A DNA stretch of 56,970 nt, counting the filler, from Bipalium vagum (lineage: Eukaryota): the NCBI GenBank assembly GCA_037834085.1. It is 3 parts of 3 records of this genome, joined end to end, with 100 filler letters (N's around TTAATTAATTAA, not from the genome) between each part and the next. Parts side by side here need not be neighbours in the genome. Positions count along the whole stretch, not along the records: positions 32,382 to 56,970 come from JBBMKC010199609.1; 2 more parts are not named here. The stretch is one strand, 5' to 3'. The notes beneath the pieces were generated by a model. That model was not told where the DNA came from. It saw only the letters and a list, made by a program, of their open reading frames with translations, and made no database searches. The position numbers and the translations under genes are program-made. Every line of letters begins with the position of its first letter. The stretch's first letter is position 1. This document shows positions 40,601 through 52,300 of this stretch, in pieces.

Positions 40601-43349
40601 AACTATGGCCTTACTTTCTTGCCAACCTATTATATTTATAAAACAACTTTTACGTCATAATAATATTATTTATTTCCATTTCATTTTAATACCTTCCTGG
40701 TCTGTGGTGAACTTTTATTCTCTATTTTTGTCAGCACTTTGTTAAAATTACTAATTTTGTGATGTGTTCCATTAATAAAGATGAGCTTTGTATCATGTTA
40801 ACATTGATAACTATGATATTAAGTATGACTTGAATTTTTCTTAGGGGTTCGCAAAAAACCTTCGAAATTGAATTTACAGGCCATAGGATGCTCTAACTTT
40901 ACCAAAGGTAATATTGCATTTACTTGTCATTTAGCTATTACCTGGCTTATTGATTATCTCATCAGCAGTAGATGAAAATAATCAAACCTCAATTCAAGGG
41001 AGCATAAACATCAGTGAGGAAACAAAAAACAACAGTAATACCGGTGAAAAGTCTTCACAGCTAACTGAGAGTTCACCCACAGCCAGACCTAACAGTTACC
41101 AAACAATGTATTCATGGAACGATTTTATTTCGGCATTTTCAACAAACGGTTCCAAAAACATTTACTGGACAAGGGTTTGTCTTCAGATTATTCTATAATA
41201 CCACATATTTAAATATCAATATGTTAATTTCAGCGCTCTTTGAAGCAACCAATTCTGAACTATGTCAAAAAGAATCTTGGAAAGAATGCTGTGAAGGCTT
41301 TCAAAAGTAACTTTTTTTCTTTTTTATTCAACTTATTCTCTTGAATGTCTGTTTCCATTAGAATCGAAATATATAAATAAAAATATTAATTGAGATCCCT
41401 TCATTAGAGGAGAAGGTTTCGGATTTTTATTAGTTTTCTTTTAAATTAAAAACAGTTTCATGAACGGACGGACCCTGGATTTTTTTTCCATGATAAAAGC
41501 CACTGATGGTGGTAGACATTGTAAGGATTTCAAAGGAATAATTTGGAGATTTCAATAACTTGAGGAACACTTAAATAAAGTCAATATGGAGACGTATATG
41601 GCTCGTTTATTCATCATTGACTGCTTCCATTGATTTGTTTCTACATTTGAAGTATCAACAAGTCTCAGCCTTAAATAAATTTTGTTTAAACTAAACAAAC
41701 ATTAGAACAAAACTAATTTTCAGACTCCACACATTGGATTCGTTTTGGGTATTATTCAAATTATTTTCGTTCCTTCAATTAGTTTTCTAAACCCGTTTTT
41801 TATATTTCAATATTACTTTGATTATTTTTCAAATATATTTTTCTGAAGAAATAAATTATTTTATTTTTCTTATAATATATATTAAAAATTTTTAGTTTTT
41901 ATAATTGTCCTTAACCTTTTAAAAAATCCAATTGTTAGCAGCTGCTCTCACTTCGTCATTTTCATAGCATTAACATTTTAAAGACAATTTAAATTTCACA
42001 AAATTAAAACAAAATAACTGATTGATTACCATCGAATTTTATGATTAATTTGTTATAAAGTGAAACATTAATTTGTTACTGTTAATTTTGGCACTTCTAT
42101 ATTTTGGGCACCTCGAAATGTTCTTAATAAAAATTATATATTGACTTTTTTTCATGAACCCTCTATATTTTCGGTCCCAGAGGTGCCCAACATTAATAGG
42201 CCCGACTGTATATTCCTTTTTGAGAAATGTTTTCAACTTCTTTACACGTTTCTTTCGATTCGTTTGCATACTTTGTCCTCCAAGACATATCTTCTGCTGT
42301 GGATTTTTCTAATCACTTTTTGTGGTAAATATATTGATCTTGTTCCTTGATGAAAATATCTAAGTCATCGTGTCTGGAGAAAATCTTCGGTTAAACCGTT
42401 CGCAGAAAATATTTAGTGTGAGCACCATGTTAGTCGCTGCCACTTCATGATCCTCAATCATAGCTTAAAAAGTTGTACCACAATTTACATTTCACAAAAG
42501 TGTTTAATTTTAAAATTAAAACAAAAATTATTAAATGAATAATAAAAAAATTTAAGATCAATTCATTTGCTAATCACACATTTCATTTTCATTTAATTTT
42601 TCTCAATGATTTCAGATTTTTTTATATATTAATAATAGATATAATGACATTATTTATTTATTTATATTAATTGAATACATATTAAATTATGTTATCACTA
42701 TTACAACTCAATCCATATATCGTTTTAGTGTATTTTAAAATTAGATTACATAAAAAATTTGAAAAAAATATTTTAATAATAATAATAAAATTATTATTAT
42801 TACTAATATTACTCATAGTATTATATTGTGTTGTTATATAACTATATATTGTATTATATTATTATATATTATATTATTATATTAATATATATTATATATT
42901 ATAATATTATATTAATATATATAACATCATATAATTATATTACTATATTACTACATATTATATTATATTTATATATTGCTTCTACTATTTTAATTTATTG
43001 ATTTTTTGTACTTTTTATCATAATAATTTAATTTTACAAAAATGATTGGAATTTCATTTTAACTATAAATAAAGATAAATGAAATGCGCACAACTTGAAC
43101 TATATCCCCAATTATCAACACTTCGTCTTAGTTCAGTACCTTTTGTATGTTGTTCAATTCAATTAAGTTAACAGCCTCAATTTTATTTGGCCTTTTGGTA
43201 ATTAATTTTATTTATAAAACCTTACTTTTTGATCACATCCTGTACTCAAAAATACTTTTCTTTGAGAGAAATGATTACTGAATCTTAATCCAAAATAAAA
43301 AAGGGATGCCAATATAAAAAGTCTAATTTATTTTTAAAAATATGTAACA

Positions 43350-43387
<38 letters not shown>

Positions 43388-46300
43388 TGATAATAATAAT
43401 AATATTTTTTTATAGCTTATCTGAGTATTTTTAGATTGCATATTTATCTTGTACTTCGTATTTTTTTTAATTGCCTAAAAATAAAATATTAATAAGAAAT
43501 AATATAATATAATAAAATATTCTCTTAATTATTTAGAAATAATATAATAAAATAAAATAGATATTATCAACAGTAATCAGGTACTGAGGCTGAACCGAAA
43601 ACTATTCTCGTTTTACAATGGTTATAACTAAATCAAAGTTCAATCAATTTTTTAAATTTATAAATCAATTAAAAGTATGATTAAAGTCATTCATTTTATT
43701 ATTAATAATAAAATTGCGGTTGAATTCATTTTTACCTGTTTCCCAAGTATGATATGATAGCAAAAAGAAAAATGCTGAAAGAAGTAGCACATGTTTACAA
43801 GGAGTATTCAACGAAATCTCAAAAATGCATAGCAAAAGCATATATATCGTCTTTCGGTTTGAAGGGTTTAAAGAGTAATTGAAAATATAATATACAAAAT
43901 CTTGAAACATTGAAAAATAAACGTCGACGTGGTCGTCCAAAAGCTGCCTCGTGCAAGAAAATTGAAGTCGGGTAATGATGGATTTAAATAAGAATAAATC
44001 GATATCAACATGAGATCTAACAACAGCACAAAGGTACATCTCAATCAATTTTGCAAAAAGTTAAGAAGAGAAACAATTTAAGGATCGAAAGTGAAGTCTC
44101 GGTCAAGAGATAAAAGCAATCTTTTGACCATGAAAATTGAGCAAGGAATTCCTTACTAATTCCTTAAATTGTATTGTTATGGATGACGAGACCTATGTGA
44201 AATTGAATTTTTCCACCCTTTCTGGACCTCAATTTGCCAGACCTGATGTCATAATCAGAGTCAAAGAAAAATATATAGCACTTGAGAAATTCAGTCCCAA
44301 AATATTAGTCTGCTTTACAATTTGCCAATGTGGTCTACTGTGTCAAACATTTTTCTCCATGGGCTCCATGGATTCAGAGACTTACATCGACGAATGCATG
44401 AAAAAGAGGTTGATATCATTTTTGAAGAAACACGAAGGCTCATTTCTATTTTGGCCACTTCACATTATTCGAAATTGATTGCAAATAACGGAAATTTTGT
44501 GCCCAAAGAGTCGAACCAACCTAATGTTCGAGAATTGCTCCCAATTAAAAGAGTTTAGGCTCTAGTCAAACGAAAAAATATGGAGCAAGTAAAAACACTT
44601 GGGGAATTTATATTTAGATAGACTGAATTCTCAAAGAAAGTCACTCAAGAGACAATAAGGGTTTTAATGGCAAAGAATTTTGGAAAGAAAGCAACAAACT
44701 GAAAAGTTGTTGATGAAATGTCTTCATCAAATTTATATGTACTGATAAATATAATAAATATGTAATATTTTTGAAATTGGTAAACATTTTCTGCATAAAG
44801 ATAAAAACGATAATACTTTGCGGTTCAGTCCTCAACTCTTATAAAGCAACAATACTTCATAAAATAATTGGGAGTTATGGGTTTTGTAATTAGTCCTGAA
44901 TTTAGAAACGAGTAATGATCCATTAATCGGACCAGTCAGTGATCCTAGAAAAAATACTTAAGTATAAATCAATACATTTATGTCATAGATGTCATTAAAT
45001 TTATGACATTGAATGTCCAAGAGTTGTTTTATTAAAAATCTTCGGATAAATTAATGGGTTACAAATGATGAAAATAGCTATTTTTATTAGTTATTCAAAA
45101 GTATATGGGAGACCGGAGGACTCGGAAATCTCCATCCCAATTATTCGCTCTGTTACAGAAAAGCTTCTCATACAATGATGTTTTACGTGATGAAATATTG
45201 ATCCAAATTTGCAGACAGACCATTAATAATCCGGACAAGTTAGATATCAATTATCATTTCCATCATTTTCCATATCTCTGTACTGTAGCCGCAGTAGCTG
45301 TCGAGGTTGGGAACTGCTGTCTGAGTGTTTGCTTCAGTTCTCGCCGTCTGGAACACTGATGCCGTACTTGGAAGATTTCATTTCTTCTTCAATTAACCAC
45401 GAAATGAGGAGAAATGCTTCGGAGTTGAATGTTGGATTGGCCAATTTACGTAAATGTCAATATCATTTGTCTTGGTCATTAAAAAGTTACAAAGAAAATT
45501 CGAACGAAACTTTTGAAACATCCCTCGCAACAACTTGCAATCATAGAAGGAAAAGATCTTTATCTGAAAGTAACCAGAATATTCTTCATAAACTTGTAAG
45601 GTTCTAATGATTGTTGTTTAAATTTGTTTTAATTAATGACAATTATGTTACATTGTTTAAATTCAACCTGCAGTTTGTGGATATGTGGTTTTTATGATTT
45701 TATTTTATTATATTTATTTTTGTTTCCTTGTTTTATTTATAACTTTTCTGAAAAGAAAAATAAAATATAAAAATGATTAAATAAAATTAAATAATATTAT
45801 TGGTTAGTTTTGGGATCTGAGTGATATTCTTGAATTTCATCTACGGACTTAGAGATATTCAAGGAAACTTCATAACTTTTAAAACATGTTTAAATTGTTA
45901 ATTTATTAAATATTAATTGTTTTATTATTTATTTTTTTAGCATCAACAATAAAAAATTATTTCCCACCATCATTAATTACCTCTTCTCAATACTTAACAA
46001 ATTTCTTGATAGGTCTGTTAAACTTATCGCTATTTGGATTTTATTAATTCATCCAATCAAATTGTATTTCTATTAAAATCTATTAGTTTAAACTTCATTA
46101 AATTTTATAGATTTTTTCCTCCTATAACAAATCTAAATATTCAAATAAATTTTAATTGTCAAACCATGAGATTTCTATATTATTATTTCTTATTTTATAA
46201 TACATTTAAATTCTGTATTTTTATATTATTAAAAATTATTAAATATTATAATACTTACATTATAATTGTTACGTTTTCATGATAAATAACTTTAAGCTCA

Positions 46301-49300
46301 CAAATTTTACTGACCCATCACTTAGTTATTAATGTGCTCTTAAACTTCAAAATAATCATGATAACCTTTTCCCCTAAAATCAAAATCAATTAAGTAAATC
46401 ACAATAATGTCTTTAAATCGATTAAAAAACGAATAATGTCTTCTAAATAAAAGAATCGATAATATCTTTGAGTCAAATTAATGAAATAATATCTTTGAAT
46501 CGAATCACATAATGCAATTATTATCTATTATTTATAAGAACCACTTTATGATAATAAGAACATATTACTTTGTTTTTTATAGAAATAAAACAATAGAAGG
46601 TACATTGAACCGGAGCGAACAATGGGTCTTTGGACCTTCCGCTACTCAACAGGACATATTGAATAATCATGCTTCTTCATCATAATATAAAAAGAAAAAC
46701 TTAAACTCACAATCAAAATAAAATGTAAATGTCTTTAAGTGTCAATTGACTCATTTAGTAATTATTGATAGTGGGCCATTTTTGTGCAAATTACCATAGA
46801 TATTTCTAAAAAGCTGCAAAAATACTTTAAAAACTATAAAGAACTCACGAAATTTAACTAATTTTAGTAATACCGCTCTTAAGTTATTCCTATGTAATTT
46901 TTCAAATGTTTAAATCTACGCACTTCATACTTCTAGTGTTAAGTAATTGGAGGGTGCATAAATTCTTGTCTAAAAATAAATAAAATAAGCCATAACGTTA
47001 GTTATATTTTTCAAAGTCAAAATAACAATTTATTTTAAAAATCTTGATATCTAATGTAAGTTTTATTAGGTTTAGAAATCCTATTTGTTTAAATAAACAC
47101 TTCTAGAAGGCGCAATAAATAAATAGGTCAAAATTACATTTCAGATATGTAATAATGTTTTTATTCGATAAGCGGAAATGGATATCAGGAGCGGAAGCGC
47201 ATCGAAATTTCCAGGAAACATATGCTGATGAGGCTCCTTCGTTTTCAAACTGCTAATTCTGGTTGACCAGATCTAAATCAGTTGACTTCGATTTAAATTA
47301 TAAAGAAAAACAAGGTCAGCCAAAAAAGTTTGAAAATTGTGAATTGCAGGGTTTTTTAAATGACAAACTCACTCAAACAGAAAAACAATGACATCAAACA
47401 GGCCTATATGCACTAGGAAAAATTCAGAGAAAAGAGATGGGTCCCTTATAATTTGAGTTAAAGTTCTATCTTTAATCGTTTTAGTAGTCATATCTTTACT
47501 TATCAGTCATAGAAGAAATTTGTGGCAAATTGTTCCATATTGATGAAAAATGAATTTATTTCCATAACCCTAAACGAAATAAACCATGGCCTGATATAGG
47601 ACAGGCAACTGATGTCTACCGCAAAGTGTAATAATTATAATAAAAAAGGTATGCTTTGTAATTGGTTGAATATGGAAGACCATGAACATTTGAATTCAAA
47701 GGAAACAGTTATGGTGGTATGATATCAGCATGAACTAGAAAGATTAAATGATAAGTGGATTAAAATCATACTAGAAGTTGACGAAAACTCAATCTTTTGT
47801 ATGACAACGCGAGAGACATCTTCATTCGTCAAGCAAACACGTTTCTTCTTGCAATTTGAAATCCTTTATCACTCAGTGTACACTCCAGACATGGGTTCAA
47901 CAGGTTTTCATTTATTCAAGTCAATGACACATCTTCTGGAATACATGCAATTTAATTCGTGCGAAGATTTTCAAAACTGAGTGTCCAATTGAATTCAGTC
48001 TAAAGAAAAATCATTTTTTATTATCGCGGAAAATCGATGTTTTCAGATTTTTGAACGATAGAAAAAACTGTAATGCGTCTTTTTTGACATAAAATAAATA
48101 TTAAAAGTTGTTCTAAAATCAATGCACCGTCTTAATATATTTAAAAATTTTACATTTTAAACCCTGATACTTAATTTATACACACCCTGTATAAAATCCA
48201 CAAAATACAGAAATGAAACAGTGACAATAAAATAATTAAGTGTCATCGAGAGTTGTGTTTATCTAAAATCATTTGTTTTTTTCATTTTTCGTCAGAACTG
48301 AGAGATTAGAATTGCGAATTAATGTTTTAACTGACTTTTAATCTTCATATAACATGAAGACATAAATCTTTTCAGAGATTTTATTTTCTTATTTTTAAAA
48401 GTCATTTCTTGTGATGTTATGCAAAAAAATTCAATAAATAATAATAATAATATTATTATTATCAATTTTTATAGTAAAAATAATAAAAATAATTTTATTA
48501 ATTTAAGTGATGATAATTTTAAACAGTGTCTGTGATATTATTTCAAAAATTATATAATCTTCAGACGAAATTTAATTATTAATTAATATTTGACGTACTG
48601 TTCCCCTATGGGAACGGCAATTTAATCATTGGTGTGATATTAGGCAGTCGTTGTTTGACGGTATGTAGAAATGATAGGAAAATTAATTTGTTACGAACGA
48701 GAGGCAGCTGTGGATATTTTAATGGATTTGGGCAACGCAAAGATTCAGGAAAAAGTTATTTTTGCAACCCGTACAGGAACTTCTTATATTACGTTTTCAT
48801 TGCATAAATAATACATCACAAATCGTACATTCGCTCAAACCACTGCTGTAGTTCTGTGAAGCTGTGCGATTTGTTATGATGTCTCCCTTAATTGAAAATT
48901 ATAATTAATTTGGAAATATAAAATAATAAATTGATCAATGAAATATTTTCAGAGCACCATGAGAGATAATATCTGTTTTAGAGATAAAGGGTTTCTTTAG
49001 AGCAATGTTGAAGTGTACCAGTTTTACAATTTATTGTTTTTTATAATCGGCTTTAATGAAGTGTAGTATGAAAATCAATAATTATGTAAAATAAATATAA
49101 TAATAATAATAACAAAGAAATTGTTTTTATTATATTATTTGCCAAATGTTTGACTAAGACTCTTTGAGCTAGAAAAAATTAAGGTTACAAATGCATCACG
49201 AAATTAGTTCATGTGTTTCTGTAATTTGTGTCTAATTTAAAAACTACATAAATATAAATAAATAAAAATTCATTTATCCAATATGGTAATATTAATTGAA

Positions 49301-52300
49301 AAAATTGTTTTTCTATGTAAAAATTGTAATTATCGATTTTATTATCAATTTTTATTATCAATTTTTTTTAATTAAAAAAATACTTTACACGACGTTTTCT
49401 ATTGCAAATATCATAATTATTATGATTGTATTATATTATATATAATTATTGTCATTATATTATAATTGTGGTAATATAAAACTGGAAATTAAAACAAAAA
49501 ATTCCTGAAAAATAATTAATATTAATAGTTTATGTGATCATGTAAATATCCTGGTATATTTCTGATTTCTTTAACCTGTAAATGATTGACATTTCTGGTC
49601 AAAAGATCAATATAATAATAATTATTATTATTATTAGTATTATTATGACAAAATGAAGGAAAGAAAAAATATTTTAGTGAAATAAATTTTTATTAAACCT
49701 CATTCTTTATATTCAGCTTATAATGAAACTAACTGATTCGAAATGAACCGAGGGTAACATCATTCGTATATTACCGATTTAATCTTCGTACAATTTAATT
49801 TTATATTCAATGATTATTAGGTTGGTACAAAAACCAATGCCGTTTTTCTGTTAATAATTTAAAATTCAAAAACTCTGTTCAAACAAAACTTTATTGATCA
49901 AATTATGATCCAGTGGAGTCAATAAGCTACTGATAACGCGAAATAAGCATATTTGTGTGAATTGCATAAAAATCCAAACTTCTGGTAGTGACAAATCCTT
50001 AAAAGCCATTTCTTGCATCCTCTATATTTTCACGAATAAATAATTGCAGCTGCTGGAATAGGTAAAAGTCTTTGGGCGAGTATGCTGCAATACAATTATT
50101 ATCGATGGATATTTGCTGTATGGCGCAGCGTTGTCATGAAGCAGTATAGGGCCTCGCCGATTAACTAACACTGATTGTTGTTGTAGAAGTTTTTCGTGCA
50201 TTACATCTGTTATACTGACATACCTCTCGGCAATAATGGTCTCACCAGATTTCAGAAAGCTATGATCAATGAGAACAGAAGCAGACCACCAAACAATCAC
50301 CATAACCTTTTTTGGTGCGACATTGGCTTTGGAAATTGTGGTTGACACTAATTATCATCCAAACATTGAAAAGATCGTCGTCGGTTATCGTGTAACAACT
50401 AATTTTCATCGCGCGTTTACTAGGATGCGTTTTGTTGTGCAAGAAATGTATTGAACATTAATTATAACAGTGATCTCTTTGATCTTCGATCAATTTGTGC
50501 ATTACCCAGTACCTTTCCAATTATGTTCAAGGGGCGCGGAATTGTCGTATAATAAACGTTGGTGTTTTTCGCAACTTCCAGTTTGGTTTTTCTGGGGTCT
50601 GCTTCGATCATTGTTTTTAATTGAACATCATCAACTTATAATGAACCTTTTCATCCTATAAACTGGTATTGCCGGCCTCCAAAGCTTTCAAATCATCTAC
50701 ATGGGCTTCGTGTAGAAACTGCCTGACCTCCACCTGTCTGGATTAAGTTTCTTTTAGTTTCCACAGCACTACCAACAAATTTGAATTTGTGCAACATAAT
50801 TATCTGAATTTTTGGTTTGAAAAGCATTTCAAAGTGGTTAACAAATTTAAACAACAAACTACTTGATTATTAAGCAGAAAGCGCGCTTTAAAATTAAATA
50901 TAACAATATAAAAAGTATTCCAAAAATATTGATACAGAAACAATTTGAACTAAAAATTGAAAAACGGCCATTATTTTTGCACCAATCTAATGTAAAGGGT
51001 CATCCAACGGTAACACCTGTGCTTTAAGACTATAAAAAATGTTTCAAATCTTTTTAAAATTAATATATGTGGTCGCTTAATTATTCCAATTCTATCCTTG
51101 AATTCATACACCGGCAAGAAAGAATTTTCATCATATAAATCTATCGTGAAATAGTATTGATGTTTTGTAACACTTCCAATATTTGTGTATCTTCGTCAAA
51201 ATCAATCTACAATTCGTAGACTAAAGTCGTACTAATAAAGAAATTTACGGAAACAAGTTGTGCAATTGATAAATTATAAAAGATTTCTCTTTTAAAAGCA
51301 TAGGAAATTTTCTGACTACATCAATTACATACCGTTCTGTTAAACTTGGAATATCATATGGCTCTGTATGGAGAATTTTGATAAATGATTTGCATTTATA
51401 TCCCTATAAAATTTAATTAGCACAATTATTAAAAGAAACAGACCATTTGCAACATCGTACCTTCTGAAATTGGATTATGGATAAACATACAAAAAGATAA
51501 TTCTTCCGAGAATTATTGTGTTCAGTGATGAAGCTTATTTCACCATAGATGGTTTCTTTAATAAACAAAATTTTCGTATATGGGCTGATGTGAATCCACG
51601 TGGTATCAAACAAAAATCCCTACACCTCTCCGAAAGTCACTGCTTGGTGTGCTTTTGAGGAAAGAGGACTTATCGGACCACATTTCTTTGAGAATGAAGC
51701 TGGAAATGCAATTACCGTTAGTGGAGAACAGGATGATTTACTTTTGATTAACCATTTATGGCTAGCATTGAATTATTTTGATATGGGTAATGTATATTTC
51801 CAGAAAGATTATGCAGTCTGTCACACAACTCGAGAGAACATTAAAATTTTAAAATCAAAATTTTGTGTTTGTGTAATTTCACGAAATGCAGACACCAATT
51901 GGTTTCCGAGATCTTGTGACTTAATTCCCTTGGATTTCTTTTGGTGGGGTTTCCTGAAAAGTAAGGTTTACACAAAGAGTCCAGAAATATAAATGAATTC
52001 ATGAAATGAGATTCAAAAATTTTTCTATTTTATTCATAAGAAACATACAGCCGTCACTGTTGGATGACCCTTTATTTTAGATTGGTAAAGAAGTGATTTC
52101 GTTGAACTTAAATGTTTGATATTTTTTAAAAGTTTCAATATTTAATACCATATTTTATATCGATTTAACCATCTCTGAATTCAGCTCTTTAAGTTGATCA
52201 CACTTTCTAAGTTTAATTGTTATTATTTAAGGTAATTAATCAATGATAAAAAGTAATGAAATTTAGGAAATTTAACTTAAGAATATAAAAGATGTCTGAA

